Shown: positions 10,383 to 20,625, numbered from the stretch's first letter. The stretch: 64,000 nucleotides of DNA from Alphaproteobacteria bacterium (GCA_965214705.1 OZ243972.1:32001-96000), one strand, 5' to 3'. A program made the numbers and translations. The notes: generated by a model from the sequence alone, not told the origin.

Positions 10383-10438
10383 GCGGCTTCGTTCAAAAGG
10401 GTTGGGCAGGCTCTCGAGAGAGAGCCTGCCCAACCCTT
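10383..10438 (+). repeat. Sub-terminal 14-bp inverted repeat plus perfect 19-bp hairpin at the element 3' end
   Basis: GCGGCTTCGTTCAA (10383-10396) is the reverse complement of TTGAACGAAGCCGC (6127-6140). AAGGGTTGGGCAGGCTCTC-GAGA-GAGAGCCTGCCCAACCCTT spans 10397-10438. Confidence 0.95.
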
Positions 10439-10444
10439 AACCTT

Positions 10445-10876
10445 TCCCGTCTTGATGCCTGGCCCCGATGGCGCGAAACGGCCGGGCTGCTCGCGGACAC
10501 CGGCAAGGCCGTCCTCTCCAACGTCGAGAGGTACGGCGTATATCTCGACGCGATCGCCGCCGGAAAGCCGCGCGCTCGCTTGACGGTCGACCAACTGCGC
10601 AACCGGCTCGACGACAATCGCACCGTCGCAAGAAAGCCGAATGTTCCGCAGAACCGGCAAGAGCCCACGTCGAAGCAGGAGCAGGGCTTCGCGCACAGGC
10701 TGGTCGATGACCGCAAGCCTCGAAATCAACCGCGGCCGGCGGTCGAAGGAGAACGGCAGGGCTTCGCCCACATCCTCGACGATCCCGAGAAACTCCGCGA
10801 ACTGCGCAAGAAGGCCGAGGAGCGCGACCGCAAGCTCGGCAGGCACATGCGAAGGAGTCGGGGGCTGAGTATCTGA
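10445..10876 (+). pseudogene. Detached C-terminal 143 codons of the relaxase
   Basis: In frame with 2187-6128 once the element is removed (..GVPI|SRLDAW..); ends in RRSRGLSI, a basic T4SS-signal-like tail. Confidence 0.85.
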
Positions 10877-11097
10877 GGGAGTGAGTCTCGTATAACGATG
10901 ACTGAGGTCATGCAATAATTTCCATAATTCTAGAGGGCCTGAGGTTGCCGTTGGCCTACCTGGATCAAGTGTTCGTCAGTGCAGCCCACGCCGGTCGAAC
11001 CGGTCTTGAGTTGAATGCGCAATACTAGCCATGTACTCATAGGCTCGCCCTCGTCGTAGGTTCGATTTGCTGTTATGAGTATGCTGTCTAAGCGCAG

Positions 11098-11883
11098 ATG
11101 GCCGAGATGAGTCTGTATTCTTGCAAGCGATTCTCTGATAACAAAGCACACGACCCTGGGAACCCAATCATGACAGAGCCTATTCGATGGAAGAATTGCA
11201 ACGCTGACGTTGGAACATGGCGTTATGGACGCATAGTCCAAGAGTTCTTCAATGATGTCGTGGAGCCACCCCTCGACACTCTGGACGCACACCTCAATAA
11301 ATGGACCGAAAGCGATGATCCTGTAGCTCTCTTCCACTTGAATGACTTGAGAGAATTACATCGTGCCACCACGATGGCGTTTTGCCTTTCTATCCAGTCC
11401 ATTTGGGAACGGCAAATCCGAGCCTACCTCAGTGGTTGCGCCAATGAACTCAGAGGGGACAATGCTCTGACCAAGAAAGTACTTGAGGAACCTTGGAGCA
11501 AGATCAGCGATCTTTTCTTTGATCTACGCGGAATTCACCTATGCTCCTTCTACAAGTATTGCGAACTTGACCAACTTCATCTTCTCTCTAATGTATGTCG
11601 TCATGGAGACGGACTCTCTGCAAAGAGGCTCTGGTGTCAATACCCCGAACTTTGGCCGGATCAGCACACGCATTCACAGAGCTCTCGGACTGCCACTTCG
11701 ACCATGGAAAGGCCGCCATCGACTGAAAAGATAGACATTACGCGCAGCCAACTGCGGACGTTTATAGACGCCATTATTGCATTTTGGGAGGAGATAAATT
11801 ACATTTATCTTGAAAACATCCAACAGAAGCATGAATCTCTTGAAAGGAAACTTGTGGAGTTGCGCCAAGATCGGGCGCGATAG
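11098..11883 (+). CDS. Hypothetical low-GC protein, possible HEPN-like fold (start may be 11170)
   Basis: Long ORF in an AT-richer segment; helical, with an LSNVCRHGDG motif reminiscent of HEPN active sites. Confidence 0.55.
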   Translation: MAEMSLYSCKRFSDNKAHDPGNPIMTEPIRWKNCNADVGTWRYGRIVQEFFNDVVEPPLDTLDAHLNKWTESDDPVALFHLNDLRELHRATTMAFCLSIQSIWERQIRAYLSGCANELRGDNALTKKVLEEPWSKISDLFFDLRGIHLCSFYKYCELDQLHLLSNVCRHGDGLSAKRLWCQYPELWPDQHTHSQSSRTATSTMERPPSTEKIDITRSQLRTFIDAIIAFWEEINYIYLENIQQKHESLERKLVELRQDRAR

Positions 11884-12135
11884 GGAGAAAGATGGGTCAT
11901 GCGGGCAAGCGTCGGGAGAGAACGCTAGGCGGTGTGCCCGCAAGCGCGTAGGTGATTTCGGATGGTGGCGGACCTATGTGTACATCGGCTAATGTGGCGT
12001 ACCGTGAGGGTTGTTGGCGATCCAGTCGGTGCCGGATGGCGGAGGACTTCCTCATGTCCATCAACTCCCTCTGCCCCAGGACCTATTAAATCCGCCGCGG
12101 CGACCCGATCATAACGGTACGAACTGTGAAGTCTG

Positions 12136-13816
12136 GTAACTGCCCAGGTTGTTTCTGGGGATGATTCCGCTGTTGGGGAGTTCTCGCCGGGTCGGCTCAC
12201 GCGCACTTGACGGTGGCGATGAGTTGGTCCGATGGGCTCATCAGGGCTTCGATGATGTTCCAGCCCTGCTTTCTGGCGGTGGTGATGACGCTGCGCAGGA
12301 TGGCGAAGTTCTCGGCCCCCTTCTCGGATCGGAAGCCCCCGGAGATCTTCTGGCGCAGCTTCATCATCCGAAGGTCGCGCTCGGCCTCGTTGTTTGTGAA
12401 CCCGACCTCGAGGTCGGTCAGGAACCGGAGCACCGCGCACTTGCGGTCGCGCAGCCTCAAGGCCAGATTGTGACCGATCCGTCGTTTCCGGCGTTTCTTC
12501 CTCTTGCCAGGCGAGAACGGCGGTTGGCTCTCGTGGAAGGCCAACGCCTCGGCAATGATCTCGTCGTATCGGCGCTCGATCAGCGCCGCAAGCCTCGCCG
12601 GAACGGCGATATCCTTGTCCTGTGCGATCCGGGCGGCGCGATTTGCCCGGCGCAGAAGCTGCTGCATGTGGCGAGCCCAGGCCTCCCCTTCGATGTCCAC
12701 CAGAGCCTGCAACTCCCGCAGGTGATGGGCGTTGCACAGGCTGTGCTCCACACCCTCCATCGTAAAGTACGGCTTCCAGTGATCGTGAACGACGATGCCG
12801 GAAACACCCGAGAGCAAGGCGCCGCGCCTGCCGCTGACCCGGTACGCCGCCAGATGCGGCGTGCAGATCACATGAAGCCACTGCGTCTGCCCGCCGATCC
12901 GGAACCCGGTCTCGTCCATGTGCTTCACCCGCGCCGTGCCCGCCGCCAGATCCTGTATGTGCGAGGCCACGTCCCGCAGCCGCTCTGCCGCCCTCTCGCT
13001 CATCGTCGCCAGCGTCGCAGCCGTCACCGGCGCGCCGAACAGCTCGGCCATCACCTGCGACAGCCGATCCTCCGGCAGGAAGTGGGCGTGCTGAAGGTAG
13101 ACCGCCACGCCTGCAATGCGAGGGCCGTACTGCACCGGTGCCGACACCCCGTCGGGGAACGCCGCCCGCGTCACCGTCCCGCAATGCCCGCAGCACTTGG
13201 CATGCGCCCGGTGCTCGGTCACCTCCAGTGGGCTCGGCTCGGGCAGATCGAAGACCTGGCGGGCGACCGGCGTTCCCGCCTTGGCCGCGTCCGAAAGCGA
13301 CGAGCCGCATCCCTTGCAGGAAGCCGGCATGTGGTCCTTCACCCGATCCGGGTGATCGCGGTGGCGCAGCGTCTTGCCCTCATGGCCGGGCTGCCCGCCG
13401 GGCTTGCGGCCCGATTTGCCGCGCAGGCTTCGGGTTCGCCGCTTCGACCTCGGCTTCTTCAGCCCATCGCTCGAAGGCGGCTTGCCACTGTTGCCGCTGT
13501 CGAGGCCAAGACGGCGCTCCAACTCCTCGATGCGCTCGACGAGACGCGCGACTTGCTCTTCCAGCCGCGCGTTCTGCTGCCGAAGCCAAGCGTTTTCCTC
13601 TCGAAGCCGGGTGTTCTCCTCTTCCAGATGGGCGATCTTCTGTGCGGGCGTTTCGGGCGCTGCCCCCGTCGAAGGGCCGCGCGGCGACTCGGGATTGCTC
13701 ATGCCGCTGTTGAGTCATTTCCCGAAACTCCCGTCAACCCCTTTACGCCAATTCCGACCGAGACACGCCTCAACTCACTGGCCCAAAATGACAAATCAGA
13801 CGACCTGGGCAGTTAC
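12136..13816 (-). mobile_element. IS66-family insertion sequence (single-ORF, ISBst12-like), 1681 bp
   Basis: Terminal IR GTAACTGCCCAGGT (14 bp perfect). 8-bp target duplication GAAGTCTG at 12128-12135 and 13817-13824. Confidence 0.95.
12197..13702 (-). CDS. IS66-family DDE transposase
   Basis: Leucine zipper, SGNSGKPPSSD, GGQPGHEG, Zn finger CKGC/CGHC, DETG, HDHW, TNNEAERDLR. Confidence 0.95.
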   Translation of the reverse strand: MSNPESPRGPSTGAAPETPAQKIAHLEEENTRLREENAWLRQQNARLEEQVARLVERIEELERRLGLDSGNSGKPPSSDGLKKPRSKRRTRSLRGKSGRKPGGQPGHEGKTLRHRDHPDRVKDHMPASCKGCGSSLSDAAKAGTPVARQVFDLPEPSPLEVTEHRAHAKCCGHCGTVTRAAFPDGVSAPVQYGPRIAGVAVYLQHAHFLPEDRLSQVMAELFGAPVTAATLATMSERAAERLRDVASHIQDLAAGTARVKHMDETGFRIGGQTQWLHVICTPHLAAYRVSGRRGALLSGVSGIVVHDHWKPYFTMEGVEHSLCNAHHLRELQALVDIEGEAWARHMQQLLRRANRAARIAQDKDIAVPARLAALIERRYDEIIAEALAFHESQPPFSPGKRKKRRKRRIGHNLALRLRDRKCAVLRFLTDLEVGFTNNEAERDLRMMKLRQKISGGFRSEKGAENFAILRSVITTARKQGWNIIEALMSPSDQLIATVKCA

Positions 13817-14106
13817 GAAGTCTGGACACTTTATGGGTTGACTCCTGTCGGTTTCCTGATAATCGCTTATGCACTTGCTTCCGGCTTGACCAGTATGTTG
13901 ACAAGAACTCGTCGAGGTTGGCCTGAGGCCGCAATATGTGGCGGCAAACTCCCGCAACCGGAGCCATGTGCATAAGCGGTTCCTGATATTGCATGACATC
14001 GAAACCGCTACCATGATTCTTCATGTCATGGTGCGCCTGCCGATAGGCGGCGGCAATCACTTGAGAGTCGCAGCTAACCGTCAATGACTTTTGAGAGCTC
14101 GGTGCA

Positions 14107-14613
14107 ATGCCAGAAATTCCCAAGCCTGACTACGACGATCCGAAGGAAGTGTACGCCTTTTTTGGTCTTGCATATTATAAAGCTGCGGTACTTGAGCACG
14201 GCGTGCTGAATATTGCTGTAGCAATGCTCGCAAAACGTGTTCCAGGAGTTACTGCGGGTGATGTAGAAGGGCTCTATCAGTCTTTCGATAAATCTACTTT
14301 TGGACAGGTGATTAATGCTGCCAAGGACAAATTCGATATACCATCCGGCCTAGAAGCCGATCTTGCTCTCGCACTTGAAAAGCGTAACTATCTCGCTCAC
14401 CGATTCTTTGTTGTCCACGATGTTGATTTCATGGTGCCTGCGGGCAGACGGGCGATGATCGACGAATTAATTGAGATATTGCAGCATCTCCAATCAGTAG
14501 ACATGCGTATGGATGATATCTGGATGAGTGCCTGGGAGTCACTCGGGATAACAAAAGAATGGATCGAGCAGAAAAAGAGACAACTCTTCTCTGAAATGAG
14601 CAACTGCGACTAA
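14107..14613 (+). CDS. Hypothetical protein with HEPN RxxxxH motif
   Basis: 168 aa, low GC, KRNYLAH motif. Confidence 0.6.
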   Translation: MPEIPKPDYDDPKEVYAFFGLAYYKAAVLEHGVLNIAVAMLAKRVPGVTAGDVEGLYQSFDKSTFGQVINAAKDKFDIPSGLEADLALALEKRNYLAHRFFVVHDVDFMVPAGRRAMIDELIEILQHLQSVDMRMDDIWMSAWESLGITKEWIEQKKRQLFSEMSNCD

Positions 14614-15052
14614 TAGATGACTGAGAGAAATCGACCGCAAAGTGGCTGATTGCGCACCTGTCAATTTGCTGCAGTACGCGGCGACAACTGTTCCGTCGAG
14701 CATGGTACGAGCCTTTGTCGGCGCTTTCGCCACTGCACAGGATAAGCGCTAGGTGTGCGCCCATGCTCCCACAGTTTCATACGACGTTCCCCGTCCCGGA
14801 GTCTCCCAGCAACCAGCCCGAATCGCCCATGGCGCAGTTGTTTTCTTCGAATCGGCCATGCGTGCTTTGTGCGCCGCATCGCGCGTGCGATTATCGTACG
14901 AGGGTATGCCGCGCCCTCCAGCCCCGCCGCGGTGGAGGGGGTCGGCAGACCGTGCGGCGCCAGCGAGACCCCGCACCCCATGCGCTCGTCGACAGCCGCC
15001 CGATTGTCTTGGGCAGTTGCATATCGCTCCGTAGTCCGCGAGAACAGGTGGC

Positions 15053-18000
15053 ATGGCGGGAACGAACAAGAAACTGACGGCTGCCGCGGAAGCGTACTTC
15101 ACGGAACTCAGCCGGTTGCACGCGTCTGGCGGTGCGACCGGTGAGAGATCGAGCTACGGTCCAATCCACGGCTTGCTGAGCGCCGTCGGCGCGGCGCTCA
15201 AGCCGAAAGTGCACTGCGTTCAGGAGCCTGCGGACCAAGGCGCGGGACATCCAGATTTCGCGCTTTACGCAGCGCGGCAGTTGCAGAAGGGGCGCGTGCG
15301 CGGGGGCCAACTGCCGGAGTCTGGCGTCGTCGAGGTCAAGTCGCTCGACGACGATGCATGGTTGACCGCAGAGGGCGATCAAGTCACCCGATACTGGGGT
15401 CGCTACCGTCTGGTGCTCGTGACCAACGGTCGTGATTTCGTGCTGGTCGGTGACGACGCAGCGGGCCTCCCCGCGAAGCTCGAACCCTTCCGGCTGGCCA
15501 AGTGTGCGGACGACTTCCGGCGCAAGATCGAGAAGCCGCGCGCCTTCGCACGCGAAGTCGGCCCGCGCTTCGGCGAATATCTCGTCCGCGCATTGTCTCA
15601 CCGTGCCGCGCTGACCGAGCCGAAGGATCTGGCGTGGCTGCTGGCCTCCTATGCTCGCGACGCACTGGCGCGGGTCGAGGCGGCGGGCGACGCGCCGTCG
15701 CTCAAGGCCGTGCGGAGAGCGCTCGAAGAGGCGCTGGGCGTCCGCTTCGAAGGAGGCAAGGGCGCGCGCTTCTTCCACTCGACGTTGGTGCAGACTCTGT
15801 TCTACGGCGTGTTCTCGGCCTGGGTACTCTGGGTGCGCCAGTCGCCGCCGCCGGGCGGGGGATTCGAATGGCGCACGGCCGGCTGGCACCTGCGGGCGCC
15901 AGTACTCGCCGCGCTATTCCAGCAACTGTCGGACCCCGGTCGACTTCGGCCGCTCGGCCTCGTCGAGGTGCTGGACTGGACCGCTGCCGCGCTAGAACGG
16001 GTAGACCGTGCTGCTTTCTTCGCCCAATTCAACGAAGGCGAAGCGGTGCCGTACTTCTACGAGCCATTCCTCGAAGCGTTCGACCCAGCGCTCAGAAAGG
16101 AACTCGGCGTCTGGTACACCCCGACGGAAGTGGTGCGCTATATGGTGGCGCGGGTGGATCGGGCGTTGAAGGACGATCTCTGCATTACTGAAGGGCTGGC
16201 GGCGGAGAACGTCTACGTGCTCGACCCGTGCTGCGGCACGGGGGCATATCTAGCCGAGGTGCTTCGCCGAATCGCGGTCAATTTGCAGGGGCAACGGCTT
16301 GGGGCACTCGTCGGCTCGCGGGTGAAGCGGGCAGCAACCAAACGCGTGTTCGGCTTCGAGATCATGCCGGCGCCGTTTGTCGTCGCGCATCTGCAAGTCG
16401 GACTGACGATGCAGGAGCTCGACGCGCCGCTCGCCGACGACGGGTCCGAGCGGGCGGGCGTATTCCTGACAAACGCACTCACCGGGTGGGAGCCGCGCAC
16501 AACCAAGCCGCTGCCGTTCCCGGAATTGGAAGAGGAACGCGACCGGGCAGGAAGGGTGAAACAGGACACGCCGATACTCGTCATCCTCGGGAATCCGCCA
16601 TATAACGGCTTCGCTGGGATGGCGGTGGATGAGGAGCGGGAGCTCTCGGAAGCCTACCGGACGACCAAGCGAGTGCGCCGTCCCGAGGGTCAGGGATTGA
16701 ACGACCTGTACGTCCGTTTCTTCCGCATGGCGGAACGCCGCATCGCGGAGAAGACAGGAAGGGGCGTGATCTGCTTCATCTCAAATTATTCTTGGCTCGA
16801 TGGTCTCTCGTTCACGGGAATGCGTGAACGTTATCTCGAAGCGTTCGATACGGTGCGCATCGACTGCTTGAACGGCGACAAGTACAGGACCGGCAAGGTC
16901 GCGCCCGACGGCTCGCCCGACCCGAGCATCTTTTCGACCGAGGGCGATCCGGTTGGCATTCAGGTCGGAACGGCTATTTCGATGCTGGTGCGCAAGGCGG
17001 ATCACAGGCCCGCCGAAACGGTCGGGTTCCGGCACCTGTGGGGACAGTCCAAGCGTGAGAACCTCAAAGAGTCGTCGGAAGTAGCGTCGGACGCGCTATA
17101 CGAGCAAATCGAACCGGTGTTGCGGCTCGGCCTGCCGTTCGTGCGAACGGCTGTGAACGGCGACTGGTTTGATTGGCCATCACTGCCGGATCTACTCCCG
17201 GTATCGTTTCCTGGCGTTCAAACCAGTCGCGACGGGTTCCTTATTGACACCGATCTGGATTGCCTGCGGGCCCGAATCGAGGAGTATTTTGACGCCCGCC
17301 TGAGCCATGAAGAGATCGCCCGGCGCTATCCCGTGGCGATGAAGTCAACGGCGCGCTTCGACGCTCGCGCGGTGCGGGACGTATTGTTGGATCGCGGTGG
17401 ACCGGAGGAGGGCGGCTTCATCCGCTTCGCCTATCGGCCCTTCGACACGAGATGGCTATATTGGGAGAAGGACACGAAGTTACTCGACGAGAAGCGCGTC
17501 GACTATCGGCCGCACGTGTTAGAGGGGAATCTGTGGCTATCAGTGGCTCAGCACCTACGGAAGGGAGAATTGGAGCCACAGACCTGCTTCACGCAGGATG
17601 TCGGTGCCCGCCACATGATCGAACGAGGTGCCAATTGGTTTCCCGCGTGGCTTCGCGAAGATGGGCGGTTGAAGGCGAACTTGAAACAAGCGAAGTATGC
17701 GGGAGAAAAGACGATCCAGCACTACCTCGATCACGTCGGCGCAAGTGTCGAAGACCTGTTCCATCATGTCCTCGCCACCCTGCACGATCCCGCCTACCGT
17801 GCCGCCAATGCTGGAGCGCTCCGGATGGAGTGGCCGCGCATTCCGCTACCGGACTGGCCGGACGGCGAAGCCCAGGGCGCCGCGGAGGAACTCGCTCGCT
17901 CGGCCGAGCAAGGACGTAGACTCGCCACGCTCCTCGACTCGGGCGCCCCCGTCTCTGGTGTAACGCGGGCACCGCTGAAGTCAGAAATCGGCGCGATTGC

Positions 18001-18424
18001 GGTTCCCGCGACCGCCAGCGGCCGGAACATGACGAACGAGAACCTTTCGGTAACTGCTGGCTGGGGATATTTCGGCCGAGGCGACGCGGTAATGCCGGGG
18101 CAGGGCCGCGCCGTCGAACGCGACTTTTTGCCGGACGAGCGCGCGGAAATGGGCGAGACAATCCCTGCACTCGGCGAGAAGACTTTCAATATCCACCTCA
18201 ACGGTGAAGCATTTTGGTGCAACGTCCCCGCCGTCGTCTGGAATTACCGCCTAGGCGGCTATCAAGTGCTCAAGAAATGGCTGTCCTACCGTGAGCATGC
18301 CGTTTTAGGCCGACCCCTGCTGGACGAAGAAATCCAGCACTTCATGGACACCGCTCGACGGATCGCGGCGATCCTTCTGCTCACAAGGGCCGATGGTGGA
18401 CAACTCGGCCCATTCAATTCGTAA
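15053..18424 (+). CDS. Single-chain restriction-modification enzyme (N6-adenine MTase plus Type ISP-like specificity domain, no helicase)
   Basis: N-terminal PD...EVK nuclease-like motif, GVWYTP, LDPCCGTG (motif I), GNPPY (motif IV), YRPFD and GGYQVLKKWLSYR in the C-terminal domain. Confidence 0.85.
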   Translation: MAGTNKKLTAAAEAYFTELSRLHASGGATGERSSYGPIHGLLSAVGAALKPKVHCVQEPADQGAGHPDFALYAARQLQKGRVRGGQLPESGVVEVKSLDDDAWLTAEGDQVTRYWGRYRLVLVTNGRDFVLVGDDAAGLPAKLEPFRLAKCADDFRRKIEKPRAFAREVGPRFGEYLVRALSHRAALTEPKDLAWLLASYARDALARVEAAGDAPSLKAVRRALEEALGVRFEGGKGARFFHSTLVQTLFYGVFSAWVLWVRQSPPPGGGFEWRTAGWHLRAPVLAALFQQLSDPGRLRPLGLVEVLDWTAAALERVDRAAFFAQFNEGEAVPYFYEPFLEAFDPALRKELGVWYTPTEVVRYMVARVDRALKDDLCITEGLAAENVYVLDPCCGTGAYLAEVLRRIAVNLQGQRLGALVGSRVKRAATKRVFGFEIMPAPFVVAHLQVGLTMQELDAPLADDGSERAGVFLTNALTGWEPRTTKPLPFPELEEERDRAGRVKQDTPILVILGNPPYNGFAGMAVDEERELSEAYRTTKRVRRPEGQGLNDLYVRFFRMAERRIAEKTGRGVICFISNYSWLDGLSFTGMRERYLEAFDTVRIDCLNGDKYRTGKVAPDGSPDPSIFSTEGDPVGIQVGTAISMLVRKADHRPAETVGFRHLWGQSKRENLKESSEVASDALYEQIEPVLRLGLPFVRTAVNGDWFDWPSLPDLLPVSFPGVQTSRDGFLIDTDLDCLRARIEEYFDARLSHEEIARRYPVAMKSTARFDARAVRDVLLDRGGPEEGGFIRFAYRPFDTRWLYWEKDTKLLDEKRVDYRPHVLEGNLWLSVAQHLRKGELEPQTCFTQDVGARHMIERGANWFPAWLREDGRLKANLKQAKYAGEKTIQHYLDHVGASVEDLFHHVLATLHDPAYRAANAGALRMEWPRIPLPDWPDGEAQGAAEELARSAEQGRRLATLLDSGAPVSGVTRAPLKSEIGAIAVPATASGRNMTNENLSVTAGWGYFGRGDAVMPGQGRAVERDFLPDERAEMGETIPALGEKTFNIHLNGEAFWCNVPAVVWNYRLGGYQVLKKWLSYREHAVLGRPLLDEEIQHFMDTARRIAAILLLTRADGGQLGPFNS

Positions 18425-18434
18425 GGACAGCCCG

Positions 18435-18929
18435 ATGCAACCGACGGCGTACATCGAGACATCCGTAGTCAGCTATCTGACAGCGCGACCGTCTCGGGAT
18501 GTGGTCGTCGCGGCCTATCAGGAGATCACGCGACAATGGTGGCAAGATGCGCCCGACATGTTCGACCTCGTTGCATCGGAGCTTGTTGTCACGGAATCTG
18601 GAGCCGGTGACGCGGACGCCGCCCGTGCCCGTCTGGGCGTGCTCGAATCAGTCACCCTCCTCAACACCACCAAGAATTCGGAGGAACTTACCCGGCTTCT
18701 TCTTGATCTCGGCGCGGTTCCACGCGAAGCCGCTGCAGATGCCGCGCATATTGCAATTGCGGTCACAAACGGCGTCGACTATCTGGTGACGTGGAACTTC
18801 AGGCATATCGCCAATGCAGCAATGCGCTCGCGAATCGAACTCGTATGTCGGCAGGCAGGTTACGAACCGTCAGTGATCTGTACACCCAATGAACTCATGG
18901 AGACTGACCATGCAGACAATACAGCCTGA
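18435..18929 (+). CDS. PIN-domain (VapC-like) protein
   Basis: AYIETSVVSYL...DAAHIAIA...DYLVTWNFRHIAN PIN signature. Confidence 0.85.
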   Translation: MQPTAYIETSVVSYLTARPSRDVVVAAYQEITRQWWQDAPDMFDLVASELVVTESGAGDADAARARLGVLESVTLLNTTKNSEELTRLLLDLGAVPREAAADAAHIAIAVTNGVDYLVTWNFRHIANAAMRSRIELVCRQAGYEPSVICTPNELMETDHADNTA

Positions 18930-19128
18930 CTCGATCATTGCAGAGGTTCACGCAATCCGGGACGAGTATGCGGCCCGTTTCGACTACGATGTGGGAAGGA
19001 TGTTCCGGGACCTCCAAGCCAGACAAAAGGCCTCGGATCGCACATATGTTTGCTTTCCCGCTCGTCGTCCGTCGATCGATTTAACGGATCCTGGGCATAA
19101 GGGCGCAAGAGAGACAAATGGTCAATAG
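18910..19128 (+). CDS. Small putative antitoxin/partner of the PIN protein
   Basis: 72 aa, overlaps the PIN gene stop; DSIIAEVHAIRDEYAARFDYD pattern typical of partners of this PIN subfamily. Confidence 0.6.
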   Translation: MQTIQPDSIIAEVHAIRDEYAARFDYDVGRMFRDLQARQKASDRTYVCFPARRPSIDLTDPGHKGARETNGQ

Positions 19129-19933
19129 CCAACACAAGGGACCGAGAGACAGTGAAATTTCAATTCAGGAATGGCTCGAACAGATCGGAGCGACTGACAT
19201 TTCCTATGTCGGACATCAAAATAGCCCACCGGACTTTACCATCAAGTATTCTGGTAAAACAATTGCCATTGAAGTCGCTCGTTTAATTCCCGATGTGGGA
19301 TGGGAGAGGAAGACCGAAATCGCATTTGAGAGAGAGCTACGAACTCTGATAGAAGAAGTTGCTAGCGATCCCAGTAATCCGAGATGGCATTCGTGGTGTC
19401 AATATGACTCGCGTGATCGTTGCCCATCACGATCAGACTCTGAAACGTGGAAAGAGCGAGCACGAAAGGCGTTGCGTACAGGAGGTCCTGGAGGAGAATT
19501 TCAACTATTGCCACCCAAGCAATTGAATGGGCGAGGAATAGCATTAGAGCTACATCCGGCAGGAAACCAAGGGAGCTTTGGCGGGGTCAGTGAAGATGAA
19601 GGTTATATGATTGAAAGGACGGTGGTGGATCAGTTGGTTCGTTGGACGGACAAGAAAACTTTAGCAGTAAAGAAAATGGAACCAGCTCACGAGATCCGCC
19701 TTTGGTGGCTCGTATTTGACGATGAAATTGTCATAGCGCCGACGGGAATTATGGGAGAAAGCCGAGAGACAATTGAAAATTGCGTGCGAGATCAGATCGA
19801 CATAAGATTATGGAGTAAGATTGTATTGGTGAGCCGGTTCCAAATAGAAAGACCTCCACCTATACAGCCCAAATGGTTCTGGCCCTTGTGGGAGAATTCG
19901 CAATGTGTGGCACTTCCTGATAGTCCATATTGA
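19118..19933 (+). CDS. Hypothetical PD-(D/E)xK-like nuclease
   Basis: Low-GC 271-aa ORF with SPPDFTI...IAIEVARL motif. Confidence 0.55.
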   Translation: MVNSQHKGPRDSEISIQEWLEQIGATDISYVGHQNSPPDFTIKYSGKTIAIEVARLIPDVGWERKTEIAFERELRTLIEEVASDPSNPRWHSWCQYDSRDRCPSRSDSETWKERARKALRTGGPGGEFQLLPPKQLNGRGIALELHPAGNQGSFGGVSEDEGYMIERTVVDQLVRWTDKKTLAVKKMEPAHEIRLWWLVFDDEIVIAPTGIMGESRETIENCVRDQIDIRLWSKIVLVSRFQIERPPPIQPKWFWPLWENSQCVALPDSPY

Positions 19934-19950
19934 GAAATGCCGATAACACA

Positions 19951-20625
19951 CTACATGCTTGGTCGATCCTTGACCCAAGCCAACCGAAGCCGAATCCCTT
20001 CGCAGTCCCGTTCCTCCGACACGCGGTTCACGGACTCCACCGGAATTCCCATCGATCTGGAGAACGCCTGAAAATCGGGGAACGACGCTTCGGTCGCGCT
20101 GAACGAATGCACCAACATGACGGCTTGCGTTGCCCGGTACCGCTGAGCCTCGTAAATGGCCGAGGCCGTCCGGTGGAGCAGCTGATAACGGATTCTGCCG
20201 ACACCGGCGACCCCGAGCCCGAGAGACGCGCACAAGACCGCCAGCCGACGCTCCTTGCCGGCGCTGCCATCGTTCCAGGTCGAGACGAGATCGCCGAACG
20301 GCTCGTCCATCTTGCCCTCGACCGCGATTACCGCAGCGCCGTGGACAGAATTCACGAAGACGAGCAGATCGGTCTGGCTTCGGCGCCCCGGAGTTCGAAG
20401 GTCCACATCACGCTCGAACAAGCCCTCAACCAGTGTAACGCCCGCGTAGTCGGCGCAAGTGTCCAGAACCGCGCGAACCGGGGCCGGAATGTCACCTGCG
20501 TTGACCCAGGAATGCGCCAGTTCATAGGCCGAGTAGCCACACTTCCAGTGTCGCTCTCGCTTGGCGAGAAACGGGATCACGTCTTCGGGCTTCGCGATCT
20601 CCTGAGCGTGGAAGAAACGACTCAT
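19951..20625 (-). CDS. DUF6946-like protein (predicted PD-(D/E)xK fold)
   Basis: HWKxGYSAYELAxSW, SQTDLL, IAVEGKxDEPFG, RYQLLHRTASA; GGAGG RBS. Confidence 0.65.
   Translation of the reverse strand: MSRFFHAQEIAKPEDVIPFLAKRERHWKCGYSAYELAHSWVNAGDIPAPVRAVLDTCADYAGVTLVEGLFERDVDLRTPGRRSQTDLLVFVNSVHGAAVIAVEGKMDEPFGDLVSTWNDGSAGKERRLAVLCASLGLGVAGVGRIRYQLLHRTASAIYEAQRYRATQAVMLVHSFSATEASFPDFQAFSRSMGIPVESVNRVSEERDCEGIRLRLAWVKDRPSM

Larger units (their letters stand above)
6129..10442 (+). mobile_element. Tyrosine-recombinase + IS91-like Y2 transposase element, copy 1 (contains a nested IS1111-type element)
   Basis: Nearly identical to the reverse complement of 45777-48440 apart from a 1650-bp insert. 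Flanked by TT at 6127-6128 and 10443-10444; removing it restores the relaxase frame. Confidence 0.93.

Noticed and set aside
11890-14100. A gene interrupted by the IS66 element
   Set aside because: Rejoining across the 8-bp duplication gives only short ORFs with no recognizable motifs or RBS.
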